Origin: an uncultured Prevotellaceae bacterium | GTDB lineage: Bacteria > Bacteroidota > Bacteroidia > Bacteroidales > Bacteroidaceae | NCBI GenBank assembly: GCA_947166305.1 | Contig: CAMVDV010000009.1 | Coordinates: forward strand, 11,619 to 75,618 | Direction of reading: 5' to 3' | Length of the DNA stretch: 64,000 bases | Shown here: positions 25,137 to 34,611 of the stretch, piece by piece | Layout of the letters: each line of letters begins with the position of its first letter | Position numbering within the stretch: the stretch's first letter is position 1 | Translations under genes and position numbers: made by a program | The notes under the pieces: model-generated | Databases searched by the model: none | What the model was told of the DNA's origin: nothing | What the model saw: only the letters and a program-made list of their open reading frames with translations

Positions 25137-25733
25137 ATGATAGAATATCTGAAAGGAACGCTTGCCGAGCTTAGTCCCGCACTTGCCGTTGTAGAGTGCC
25201 ACGGGGTGGGCTACGGCGTGAACATTTCCCTGAACACCTTTTCTGCCATTCAGGGAAAGCAGGAGGTGAAGCTCTGGATAAGCGAGTCCATCCGCGAGGA
25301 TGCCTACCAGCTCTGGGGCTTCGGCACGAAGTCCGAGCGCGAACTCTTCCTGCTCCTGCTCAGCGTTAGCGGCATTGGCGCTGCCACCTGCCGTGTGATT
25401 CTCTCCTCGATGACCGTTGGCGAACTGGCATCTGCCATCAGCGAAGGCAATGTGGGAATGCTGAAGACGGTGAAAGGCATCGGGCCAAAGGCGGCGCAAC
25501 GCATCATCGTGGAACTGCGCGACAAGATAGGTTCGCTGGGCATCGACGCAGCATCGCCCTCCGCTCCGCAGTCCGTACCCCTCAACAAAGAGGTGATGGA
25601 CGAGGCCGTGGCTGCACTCTCCATGCTCGGCTTCAGTCCGGCACCGGCACACAAAGCCGTGCAGAAGATTCTCACCGACGAGCCTGAAGCTCCCGTGGAA
25701 CGTGTCATCAAGTTGGCACTAAAGATGCTGTAG
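25137..25733 (+). CDS. ruvA: Holliday junction branch migration protein RuvA
   Basis: MIEYLKGTL..., HhH motifs ([26 protein letters not shown]), C-terminal domain III. Confidence 0.95.
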   Translation: MIEYLKGTLAELSPALAVVECHGVGYGVNISLNTFSAIQGKQEVKLWISESIREDAYQLWGFGTKSERELFLLLLSVSGIGAATCRVILSSMTVGELASAISEGNVGMLKTVKGIGPKAAQRIIVELRDKIGSLGIDAASPSAPQSVPLNKEVMDEAVAALSMLGFSPAPAHKAVQKILTDEPEAPVERVIKLALKML

Positions 25734-25736
25734 CAT

Positions 25737-26510
<774 letters not shown>

Positions 26511-26610
26511 GAGAGGGCATAAAGGACGCTTCGACACGAGAGTAGGAAGTAATCGACTACTGAACTTTTGAAACAGAAATCGCTTACTTACCGCGAATTG
26601 CTTGTTCCTT

Positions 26611-26740
26611 CACCACGAATTGCACGAATTACACGAATTCGGCATATTATGAACTACCACGAATTTCACGAATTACACTAATTCTTGACGCTTATATAGT
26701 GCGCAGCCAATTCGTGCAATTCGTGTAATTCGTGGTTAAG
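26611..26740. repeat. Inverted arrays of (N)CACGAATT 9-mers; 130-bp hairpin element
   Basis: Left arm caccacgaattgcacgaattacacgaattcgg; right arm ccaattcgtgcaattcgtgtaattcgtggttaag; an extra inner copy at 26655-26677. Confidence 0.85.
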
Positions 26741-26789
26741 TACAATATAATCCGTACAATCGTGGTTATAATAACCTCCGCGACTTAAA

Positions 26790-27422
26790 TCACTTTGCTT
26801 TCTCGGCTGTGAACTTCAAGTTGCCGTTCTTCAGCTTGGTTACGACGAAGACTTGTCGGCGAAGTTCGCCTTTTTCGTGGTCGAAGATGCGCGACGAGTC
26901 GAAGGCTTTGCCCTTGACACGCGTCTCAAAGTGCAGGTGATCGCCCGTGGCACGTCCTGTACGTCCTTCCAGTCCTACAGGGTCTCCGGGCTGAAGCCAC
27001 TGCCCGACTTTGACAAGATTGCGTGAATGATGGCTGTAGAGCGTCTCAAGTCCGTTGGCATGACGCAGGATGACACAGTTCCCGTAAGCATAAAAAGGCC
27101 CCGAGAGGATGACTTCTCCGGGAAAGGCAGCCCTGGTCGTGTCGCCGGCAAACGTCTTTAGGTCAGTCCCTCCGTGGTGTCTTTCTCCACCAAACGGGCT
27201 GTTCACCTTTGCCCCCGGCAGCGGATAGTGCCACTCCTCCTTTGTATAATTGACAAAGTTGATGGTGAACTGATTGCGATTGGCAAACGGGTCTTTGGCC
27301 GCCTCCACCTTCATCACCTGCCATTCATCAATGTCAACTCTGTCGCTCTGTGCGCGAATCATTGAACATTGACTATTGACCATTGACCATTGAAGCAACA
27401 GGCAAAGCAAGACTCTGTTCAT
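26790..27422 (-). CDS. M23 family metallopeptidase
   Basis: HHGGTDLK, GNCVILRHANGLETLYSHHS, GRATGDHLHFE; signal-like N-terminus. Confidence 0.85.
   Translation of the reverse strand: MNRVLLCLLLQWSMVNSQCSMIRAQSDRVDIDEWQVMKVEAAKDPFANRNQFTINFVNYTKEEWHYPLPGAKVNSPFGGERHHGGTDLKTFAGDTTRAAFPGEVILSGPFYAYGNCVILRHANGLETLYSHHSRNLVKVGQWLQPGDPVGLEGRTGRATGDHLHFETRVKGKAFDSSRIFDHEKGELRRQVFVVTKLKNGNLKFTAEKAK
27361..27395. repeat. Heptamer tract (ATTGAMN x5) inside the M23 signal-peptide codons
   Basis: Reads attgaac attgact attgacc attgacc attgaag and encodes LQWSMVNSQCSM on the minus strand. Confidence 0.85.
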
Positions 27423-27449
27423 CCCAAATTATGAATTATGAATTAAGAA

Positions 27450-28094
27450 TTATGAATTGATAAAGATTCCGTTGTAGTTTCGGCCGGTGTTGATGGTCTC
27501 ACGGCGCGCGCTGTAGAAGTTTTCGCTTGTCCTTGTGCACGTTCCTTGAACGTAGATGTCGGTGAGTCCTGCTTCTTCCAAGAGCCATCGGTTAGCGTCC
27601 CAAAGGTCGATGTGCCAGCGTTCCATCCTTCGTGCGATGCGACCGACGGGGAATCCTGCCGAGAGGAAAGCCTCATAGACCTCGTCGCCCACCTCGAAGC
27701 GACTGAGAGATATGCCCGGGCCGATGATGGCATGAAGGTCGGACGGGCTGTGAGGCTGCATCTCGAGAACTGTCTTCTGGACAATCCTGCTGACGGTTCC
27801 TCGCCATCCGGCATGGACTGCTGCTATGACGCGCTGCTTCGTGTCGTAGAGAAGGACTGGGATGCAGTCGGCAGTCTTCACGCAGACACAGAGCCCTGGA
27901 CGGTCTGCGATGACCGCATCGGTGTCCTCCGGCCGCCCGGCTTCCGTCACCCAACGGACATGGTCGCTGTGCGTCTGTCGCGGCAGGGCAAGTTCTTCCA
28001 GCCGAAGCCCCACGTCCTCCACACCGCTTCCCTTGCCCGTGGAGAACGCCGTGAGCCACGAGGGAGTGTCGTAGATGATTAAGTTCTTGTCCAT
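27450..28094 (-). CDS. pgeF: Peptidoglycan editing factor PgeF (YfiH / laccase-domain family)
   Basis: LPRQTHSDHV, ADCIPVLLYD, AAVHAGWRGT, CT..S..FYSARR. Confidence 0.85.
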   Translation of the reverse strand: MDKNLIIYDTPSWLTAFSTGKGSGVEDVGLRLEELALPRQTHSDHVRWVTEAGRPEDTDAVIADRPGLCVCVKTADCIPVLLYDTKQRVIAAVHAGWRGTVSRIVQKTVLEMQPHSPSDLHAIIGPGISLSRFEVGDEVYEAFLSAGFPVGRIARRMERWHIDLWDANRWLLEEAGLTDIYVQGTCTRTSENFYSARRETINTGRNYNGIFINS

Positions 28095-28146
28095 TGAAGT
28101 TTTAGCTCAACCATTTTCAATGTTGTCCGCAGAACATTGAACTCTT

Positions 28147-29328
28147 TCAATCCTCCTCTCCCGGAATGTCAGGGAGGTCTTCGTCCCACTCGTCCACGTC
28201 CTCGATGGCATCGGCATTCAGGATTTCAATCTCTTCGTCCTCGCCCTCGTCGAGCAGTTCCTGACGGAAAGCAGCGAGATCTTTGTTGCGATGGACAATG
28301 CTCTCCTGATGCGTGATGGCTGCCAACTTGTTGCTCTCGCTGTTGAGAGCCTTCCAGAGGAGGTCTTTCAGTTCGTCGAGTCCACTGCCAGTGACGGCAC
28401 TGATGAAGACGTGCGGCAGGTCGTCGGGCAGGTCGGCCGAGAGCATTTCCTGTAGCTCATCGTCCAGCAGGTCGCTCTTCGTGACGGCAAGCACTCTTTG
28501 CTTATCGAGCATCTCGGGATTGAAGTTGCGCAGCTCGCCGAGCAGAACCTCATATTCATGCTTGATGTCGTCCGTGTCGCCAGGCACCATGAAGAGCAGA
28601 AGCGAGTTGCGCTCGATGTGGCGAAGGAAGCGAAGTCCCAGGCCACGACCTTCGCTGGCACCTTCGATGATGCCTGGAATGTCGGCCATCACAAAGGATT
28701 GTCCGCCTCGATAAGGCACGATGCCAAGCGAAGGTTCCATCGTCGTGAAGGGATAGCCTGCTATCTTCGGCCTTGCACTCGACACAGAACTGAGCAACGT
28801 GCTCTTGCCTGCATTGGGAAATCCCACAAGACCGACGTCGGCAAGGAGCTTCAACTCAAGGATGACGGTACGCTCCACCATCGGCTCGCCCGGCTGAGCA
28901 TAACGCGGAGCCTGGTTGGTGGAAGTGGCGAAGTGCTTGTTGCCCATGCCGCCTCTGCCGCCTTTGAGAAGCATTACGACCTGTCCGTCTGTCGTAACGT
29001 CACAGATATATTCGCCAGTTTCGGCATCATAGACGACCGTTCCGCAAGGCACGTCGATGTATTTGTCCTCGCCGTCGGCACCAGTGCTGCCGCTTGGTCC
29101 GCCGTTTCCGCCGTGACCTGCGAAGACATGTCGCTCGTAGCGAAGGTGAAGGAGCGTCCAGTAGTTGTGGTTCCCGCGCAGATAAACGTGGCCACCACGC
29201 CCGCCGTCACCGCCATCCGGACCGCCATTGGGAACGTATTTTGCCCGATGCATGTGCATGGAACCACGTCCACCCTTGCCTGAGCGACAGCATATCTTGA
29301 CGTAATCTACGAAGTTGCTTTCAGCCAC
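28147..29328 (-). CDS. obg: GTPase Obg/CgtA
   Basis: Obg fold (FVDYVKI..GKGGRGS), G domain ([22 protein letters not shown]), acidic C-terminal tail. Confidence 0.95.
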   Translation of the reverse strand: MAESNFVDYVKICCRSGKGGRGSMHMHRAKYVPNGGPDGGDGGRGGHVYLRGNHNYWTLLHLRYERHVFAGHGGNGGPSGSTGADGEDKYIDVPCGTVVYDAETGEYICDVTTDGQVVMLLKGGRGGMGNKHFATSTNQAPRYAQPGEPMVERTVILELKLLADVGLVGFPNAGKSTLLSSVSSARPKIAGYPFTTMEPSLGIVPYRGGQSFVMADIPGIIEGASEGRGLGLRFLRHIERNSLLLFMVPGDTDDIKHEYEVLLGELRNFNPEMLDKQRVLAVTKSDLLDDELQEMLSADLPDDLPHVFISAVTGSGLDELKDLLWKALNSESNKLAAITHQESIVHRNKDLAAFRQELLDEGEDEEIEILNADAIEDVDEWDEDLPDIPGEED

Positions 29329-29393
29329 CTTACATTTATCATTTAGTCATTCAACTAATTCCCGTTTGTTACCTAAAAGGAGACAAAGGGTGA

Positions 29394-29972
29394 TTACTTG
29401 ACGGTATCGAGGAACTTGAAGATGGAAGCAATCATATCTTCTTTGTTCGGGGTGTTGGCCCAATAGAAGGTGTGGCGGATGCCTTCCTTCTCGAACCATT
29501 CAATCAGCGGAGCCGTCTGTTTCTGATAAACCTCAAAGCGCTTCTTGATGGTTTCCTCGTTGTCGTCGGCCCGACCTTGCTCCTTTGCACGACGAAGCAG
29601 ACGGAACATGAGGATGTCTTCCTCCACCACAAGCTCAATCATGATGCCCAGTTCGTGGCCACGCTCCTGAAGCATCTTTTTCAAGGCCTCGGCCTGTGCG
29701 ATGGTACGGGGGAAGCCGTCGAAGATAACTCCCTTGCCTGCCGGCTGAGCATCGTAGGTCTTGGCCAGGATGTCAATCATGAGTTCGTCGGGGATGAGCT
29801 GGCCGTTGTTGATGTAGCCTTGGGCTATCTTGCCAAGCTCTGTTCCGTTCTTGATTTCGGCACGAAGCACGTCGCCCGTACTGATGTGCCCCATGCCATA
29901 ACGTTCTACAATCTCGTCGCTGTAGGTGCCTTTGCCGGAACCCGGGGCACCGAAAATGATGATGTTCTTCAT
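29394..29972 (-). CDS. adk: Adenylate kinase
   Basis: IIIFGAPGSGKGT, HISTGDVLR, short-lid form. Confidence 0.95.
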   Translation of the reverse strand: MKNIIIFGAPGSGKGTYSDEIVERYGMGHISTGDVLRAEIKNGTELGKIAQGYINNGQLIPDELMIDILAKTYDAQPAGKGVIFDGFPRTIAQAEALKKMLQERGHELGIMIELVVEEDILMFRLLRRAKEQGRADDNEETIKKRFEVYQKQTAPLIEWFEKEGIRHTFYWANTPNKEDMIASIFKFLDTVK

Positions 29973-29975
29973 TGT

Positions 29976-30518
29976 TTATATTAATGTATAAATGTCTTTC
30001 GTGTTACGTCCGAAGCCGTCGTAGTCGAGGCCGTAGCCAACGACGAAATCGTCGGGAATCTCTTTGCAGCAATACTTTATGTCGAGCTTTACCTGCAACT
30101 TGCTTGGCTTGAGCAGCAGTGTGCAAATGTCGATGCTCTGCGGATTGTGTCCTTTGAGGGTGTCGAGCATGTGGGCCATGGTCAATCCTGTATCGACGAT
30201 GTCCTCGACGATGATGACGGGTCGGCCTGTAATGTCGGTGTTCATGCCGATGATCTCGCGGACGTTGCCCGTGGTGGCCGTGCCTTCGTAGGAAGCAAGC
30301 TTGACGAATGAGATTTCGCAGGGCAGGTCGACTTCGCGCAAGAGGTCGGCTGCAAAGACAAACGAGCCGTTGAGCACGGCCAGGAAGACTGGCTGGCGGC
30401 CTTCGTAGTCGCGGGTTATTTCGGCGGCAACGCGCTGTACTTGTTGCCGGATTTCCTGTTCGGTGATGGAGACGGAGAAGGTCTTGTCCTTCACTTTGAT
30501 GGTTGGTTGTTGTTGCAT
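29976..30518 (-). CDS. hpt: Hypoxanthine phosphoribosyltransferase
   Basis: PRPP motif VIIVEDIVDTGLT, and GYGLDY. Confidence 0.9.
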   Translation of the reverse strand: MQQQPTIKVKDKTFSVSITEQEIRQQVQRVAAEITRDYEGRQPVFLAVLNGSFVFAADLLREVDLPCEISFVKLASYEGTATTGNVREIIGMNTDITGRPVIIVEDIVDTGLTMAHMLDTLKGHNPQSIDICTLLLKPSKLQVKLDIKYCCKEIPDDFVVGYGLDYDGFGRNTKDIYTLI

Positions 30519-30525
30519 GGTATTG

Positions 30526-31176
30526 TCAGTTCTTTGGGTTTGTGTTTGTCCACCAGGGGTCGTTCGTGTCGCGTGGTGCGTTCCGTGTCGTTCCTGTCAG
30601 GGCGGCACCGCGCACGCGGCTGAGCGTCTCTGGCGTCATTTGCAGGAAACTGGCTATGTGTACCATCGGCGCACGGAGTATGATTTCGGGTTTCTCGCGC
30701 AGCAGTCTGTCGTAGCGCTCTGCTGCGTTCTCGAATCGCTGGCTGTCGGCATGTTCCTGACTGCTGATGGCAACGTGTTCAAGTATCTTCCTGTAGAGCA
30801 TTTCCATCTCTTGGTTGCGCACCATGAGGCCGTGGAGTGCGTCGTAGGGGATGGCGTAGAGGGTGGTATTCTCCAGTGCTTCCACTATGAGGCGGCTTGG
30901 TTCTTGCTTGAGGAAGCTCTCGATGCAGAAGACAATGCGCCCCTCGAAGGAGAAGTGCTCCGTGACGTCCCTCTTGTTCTTGTAGTAGTATTGCCTGACC
31001 ATGCCTCTCTCGACGTAGTAGAGGGCACTGCACACCTTTCCCTCTTCGAGTATCGTGTCGCCCTTCTGGAACTTCATGGGGACGAGGATGCTGGCCAGTT
31101 TCTCCACTCCGAGCGGTGTCATTGGGCAATAGATGCGGGAGATGTCCCGCGCAATGTCGTGACATAGGTTCATCAT
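30526..31176 (-). CDS. Crp/Fnr family transcriptional regulator (cNMP-binding domain)
   Basis: cNMP-binding beta-roll (FQKGDTILEEGKVCSALYYVERGMVRQY) plus a C-terminal HTH (HIASFLQMTPETLSRVR). Confidence 0.8.
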   Translation of the reverse strand: MMNLCHDIARDISRIYCPMTPLGVEKLASILVPMKFQKGDTILEEGKVCSALYYVERGMVRQYYYKNKRDVTEHFSFEGRIVFCIESFLKQEPSRLIVEALENTTLYAIPYDALHGLMVRNQEMEMLYRKILEHVAISSQEHADSQRFENAAERYDRLLREKPEIILRAPMVHIASFLQMTPETLSRVRGAALTGTTRNAPRDTNDPWWTNTNPKN

Positions 31177-31222
31177 AGGACTTTCTCTTTCTACCTTAAT
31201 ATATATATGTATACTTGTCTCT

Positions 31223-33004
31223 TCAATCCAGTTTGAGCACTGCGAGGAATGCTTTCTGCGGCACCTGCACGTTGCCTATCTGCTTCATGCGCTTCTTTCC
31301 CTTCTTTTGTTTCTCGAGGAGTTTGCGCTTACGGCTGACGTCGCCGCCGTAACACTTGGCGAGCACGTCCTTGCGCACCTGCTTCACCGTCTCGCGGGCT
31401 ATTATCTTTGCGCCGATGGCGGCTTGGATGGCGATGTCGAACTGCTGGCGTGGCAGCAGCTCTTTGAGTTTCTCGCACATCCTTCGGCCGAAGGTTTCTG
31501 CATTGTCGAAATGGGTCAGAGTGGAAAGAGCGTCCACGGGTTCGCCATTGAGGAGGATGTCCATCTTGACGAGCTTGCTGGGTCGGAAGCCATCTTGGTG
31601 GTAGTCGAACGAGGCATATCCCTTGCTTATGCTCTTGAGCTTATCGTAGAAGTCGATGACAATCTCGCCCAGGGGCATGGCATACTGCAGCTCGACGCGG
31701 TTGCCGCTGATGTATTCCTGCTTGAGCAGTTCGCCTCGTTTGCCCAGACAGAGTGTCATGATGGGGCCGATGAAGTTGGCTGTGGTGATGACGGAAGCGC
31801 GGATGTAGGGTTCCTCAATGTGGTCGATGAGCGTCTGGTCGGGCATTCCGCTGGGATTGTGCACTTCCTGCACGTTTCCTTGCTTGTCGTAGACGAGATA
31901 GGAAACGTTGGGGACGGTGGTGATGACGTCCATGTTGAACTCGCGGTCGAGCCTTTCCTGAATGATTTCCATGTGGAGGAGTCCGAGGAATCCGCATCGG
32001 AAGCCGAAACCCAGTGCCACGGAGCTTTCGGGCTGGAAGGTGAGGCTGGCATCGTTGAGCTGCAGCTTCTCGAGCGAAGCGCGGAGGTTCTCGAAGTCCT
32101 CTGTCTCGATGGGATAGACGCCGGCAAAGACCATGGGCTTCACTTCTTCGAAACCTGCGATGGCCTCTTGGCATGGGTTCTCCACGGTGGTGATGGTGTC
32201 GCCCACCTTCACTTCTGTTGCGGTCTTGATGCCTGAGACGATGTAGCCAACGTCGCCGCATCGGAGCGTCTGGCGCGGCACCATGTCCATCTTGAGCACG
32301 CCTATCTCGTCGGCTTTGTATTCCTTTCCTGTGTTGATGAACTGGACGAGGTCGCCGCTGCGCATGGTTCCGTTCACAATCTTGAAGTATGCGATGATGC
32401 CTCGGAAGGAGTTGAACACGGAGTCGAAGATGAGTGCCTGTAGCGGAGCCTTCTCGTCGCCCTTGGGGCACGGGATGCGTTCCACCACGGCGCGCAGTAT
32501 TTCGTCCACGCCCATGCCCGTCTTGCCGCTGGCACGAATGATTTCTTCCCTCTTGCAGCCCAGCAGATCGACGATTTCGTCCTCCACTTCCTCGGGCATG
32601 GCGTTGGGCATGTCGCATTTGTTGATGACGGGGATGATTTCGAGGTCGTGGTCGATGGCCATATAGAGGTTGCTGATGGTCTGTGCCTGCACGCCTTGTG
32701 TGGCATCGACCACAAGCAATGCGCCCTCGCAGGCGGCGATGCTGCGGCTCACCTCGTAGCTGAAGTCCACATGTCCTGGGGTGTCGATGAGGTTGAGGAC
32801 GTACTTCTGTCCGTCCAGGCTGTATTCCATCTGTATGGCATGGCTTTTGATGGTGATGCCACGCTCTTGCTCCAGGTCCATATCGTCGAGCATCTGGCCC
32901 TTGGTCACAGTGATGGTCTTGGTCTGCTCCAGCAGGCGGTCGGCCAGAGTGCTCTTGCCGTGGTCGATGTGGGCAATGATGCAGAAGTTGCGTATGTTTT
33001 GCAT
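31223..33004 (-). CDS. lepA: Elongation factor 4 (LepA)
   Basis: [32 protein letters not shown], and the LepA C-terminal domain. Confidence 0.97.
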   Translation of the reverse strand: MQNIRNFCIIAHIDHGKSTLADRLLEQTKTITVTKGQMLDDMDLEQERGITIKSHAIQMEYSLDGQKYVLNLIDTPGHVDFSYEVSRSIAACEGALLVVDATQGVQAQTISNLYMAIDHDLEIIPVINKCDMPNAMPEEVEDEIVDLLGCKREEIIRASGKTGMGVDEILRAVVERIPCPKGDEKAPLQALIFDSVFNSFRGIIAYFKIVNGTMRSGDLVQFINTGKEYKADEIGVLKMDMVPRQTLRCGDVGYIVSGIKTATEVKVGDTITTVENPCQEAIAGFEEVKPMVFAGVYPIETEDFENLRASLEKLQLNDASLTFQPESSVALGFGFRCGFLGLLHMEIIQERLDREFNMDVITTVPNVSYLVYDKQGNVQEVHNPSGMPDQTLIDHIEEPYIRASVITTANFIGPIMTLCLGKRGELLKQEYISGNRVELQYAMPLGEIVIDFYDKLKSISKGYASFDYHQDGFRPSKLVKMDILLNGEPVDALSTLTHFDNAETFGRRMCEKLKELLPRQQFDIAIQAAIGAKIIARETVKQVRKDVLAKCYGGDVSRKRKLLEKQKKGKKRMKQIGNVQVPQKAFLAVLKLD

Positions 33005-33063
33005 TGTTCGGTCTTGGTTTGAGGCCTCCCTTGCAGGGGAGTGAGGCGATAAGTTTCCGTGTG

Positions 33064-33071
33064 CAAAGTTA
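33064..33071 (-). promoter_or_regulatory. -7 box (TAACTTTG on minus strand) for lepA
   Basis: Plus strand reads caaagtta, 60 nt upstream of the start at 33004. Confidence 0.5.
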
Positions 33072-33162
33072 CGAAAAAAACTTCAAAACTCCTACTTCGT
33101 CGCTCATTATTTTTCCTTATCCAAGCAAAAGCACTTCGGCCTCCTGCCTCTATGAGACTCGG

Positions 33163-33190
33163 AGAAAAGGTGAAAAAGTGAAAAGGAGAA
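33163..33190. repeat. Simple tract (GTGAAAAG type)
   Basis: Reads agaaaaggtgaaaaagtgaaaaggagaa. Confidence 0.8.
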
Positions 33191-33250
33191 CAATCAGAAA
33201 AGAGGGAGAAAGGATGGCGCGACGAAATGGCTCGTGTCCGTGGCGTAAGA

Positions 33251-33331
33251 TTTCCGCGTGCGGCGTTGGCAATCCCCGCGTGCGGCGTTGGCAATCCCCG
33301 CGTGCTGCGATGGCAATCCCCGCGTGCTGCG
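33251..33331. repeat. 22-bp-period tandem array, CGCCGCACGCG family (reverse orientation, ~3.7 units)
   Basis: Reads tttccgcgtgcggcgttggcaa/tccccgcgtgcggcgttggcaa/tccccgcgtgctgcgatggcaa/tccccgcgtgctgcg. Confidence 0.9.
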
Positions 33332-33354
33332 TTTTAATTCTTTTTCAGTCCCAT

Positions 33355-33412
33355 TTTTACTTTTCTTTTTCACTTTTTAACCATTTCACTTTTTCACTTT
33401 TTCACTTTTTTT
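33355..33412. repeat. Simple tract (CTTTTTCA type), inverted relative to 33163-33190
   Basis: Reads ttttacttttctttttcactttttaaccatttcactttttcactttttcactttttttt. Confidence 0.85.
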
Positions 33413-33414
33413 TG

Positions 33415-33422
33415 TATCTTTG
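33415..33422 (+). promoter_or_regulatory. -7 box TATCTTTG only 8 nt before the ATG of the ABC binding protein
   Basis: Matches TAnnTTTG. The spacing implies a leaderless or near-leaderless mRNA. Confidence 0.4.
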
Positions 33423-33429
33423 CACCGCC

Positions 33430-34590
33430 ATGCAAGTAAAAACACATATTCTGTGCCTCTTTTCGCTTCTGCTGACGGCCTGCGGCGGCGGCAGAACCGA
33501 AGTCCCCGCCGCGACGGGCGACACGCTCGCCATGCGTCATGCCAAGAACCTCATCATCGTGCAGTACGCCGATCATGCGGAAGTGACGCTCCGTAATCCA
33601 TGGGACACGACGGGCGTGTTGGCAAAATACTGCCTTAGCCCCCTCCCGACCTCCCCCTTGGGGGAGGAGACCCGACGCGGAAGCCTCTCCTCCTCGGGGG
33701 AGAGGTTTGGAGAGGGGGCTGGAGAAGGACAGCTTGTCAGCGTCCCTCTGCAGAATGTGGCCGTCTTTGGCAGCGTACACGGTGCCCTGCTCTATGAACT
33801 GGGAGTGGGCGATGCCGTGGGCGGCGTGTGCGACCTCGAATACTTCAACCTGCCGTTCTACAAGAAAGGCGTGGCCGAAGGGCGCATAGCCAACCTCGGC
33901 AACAGCATCCAGCCAAGCCTCGAGAACATCATCAACCTTGGTCCGGATGCCCTGATGCCAAGCCCTTTCGAGAACAGCGGCGGCCTGGGGCGCGTGGAGC
34001 GACTGGGCATCCCCATCATCTGGTGTGCCGACTATATGGAACACACGCCCCTCGGTCGCGCCGAATGGATGCGGTTCTACGGACGGCTCTTTGGCCGTGG
34101 ACAGGAAGCCGACAGCATCTTCAGCCTCGTGGAGCAGCGCTACGAAGCACTCTGCACTCTGGCTAAAGAGGCAAAGACAAGGCCTCGGCTGCTGCCCGAG
34201 ATGCCTTGGAGCGGACAATGGACGCTCCCCGGAGCCGGAAGCAGTTCGACAAAGTTATATACGGACGCCGGAGCCGACTATCTCTTCGCCCATCTCGCCG
34301 GAGCCGGTGGCATTCCGCTCAGCACGGAGAAGGTTGTGGACAAGGGCATCAGTGCCGACATCTGGCTTATCAAGCATCATGGGCCGCTCATCCGCAGCCA
34401 GATGACGGCGGACACCCCGCTGTTGGAGGGCATCAAGGCGCCCATCTGGTGGTGCGACACCTCGCGTTCGCTCCTCTACGAAGAGACTCCCTTCCATCCC
34501 GAAAGGCTCTTGGAGAACCTCATCGCCATCCTTCATCCCGAACTCGGCATCGAGCCGGAGTACAAATACTTTGAAGAATTAAAAAGGTGA
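33430..34590 (+). CDS. ABC transporter substrate-binding lipoprotein (BtuF/FecB-like, iron-siderophore/cobalamin type)
   Basis: Lipoprotein signal MQVKTHILCLFSLLLTAC at an internal Met of the 33004 ORF; the upstream part of that ORF is repeat DNA. It is followed by a FecCD permease. Confidence 0.8.
   Translation: MQVKTHILCLFSLLLTACGGGRTEVPAATGDTLAMRHAKNLIIVQYADHAEVTLRNPWDTTGVLAKYCLSPLPTSPLGEETRRGSLSSSGERFGEGAGEGQLVSVPLQNVAVFGSVHGALLYELGVGDAVGGVCDLEYFNLPFYKKGVAEGRIANLGNSIQPSLENIINLGPDALMPSPFENSGGLGRVERLGIPIIWCADYMEHTPLGRAEWMRFYGRLFGRGQEADSIFSLVEQRYEALCTLAKEAKTRPRLLPEMPWSGQWTLPGAGSSSTKLYTDAGADYLFAHLAGAGGIPLSTEKVVDKGISADIWLIKHHGPLIRSQMTADTPLLEGIKAPIWWCDTSRSLLYEETPFHPERLLENLIAILHPELGIEPEYKYFEELKR
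33637..33720. repeat. Nested-palindrome element variant inside the binding-protein CDS (84 bp, in frame)
   Basis: Outer repeat AGCCCCCTC...GAGGGGGCT with inner hairpins CCTCCCCCttgGGGGAGG and CCTCTCCtcctcggGGAGAGG. Encodes SPLPTSPLGEETRRGSLSSSGERFGEGA. Confidence 0.85.
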
Positions 34591-34611
34591 AAAGTTGAAA
34601 AAGTGAAAAGG
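34581..34611. repeat. Simple tract (GTGAAAAG type) forming the whole spacer between the binding-protein and permease genes
   Basis: Reads aaaaaggTGAaaagttgaaaaaGTGaaaag and contains the TGA stop (34588-34590) and the GTG start (34603-34605). Confidence 0.9.

Noticed and set aside
33004-33429. The 142-codon N-terminal extension of the binding-protein ORF (track start 33004).
   Set aside because: The extension is a translation of simple tracts and the 22-mer array. It overlaps the lepA promoter region. A -7 box and a clean lipoprotein signal peptide define the start at 33430.
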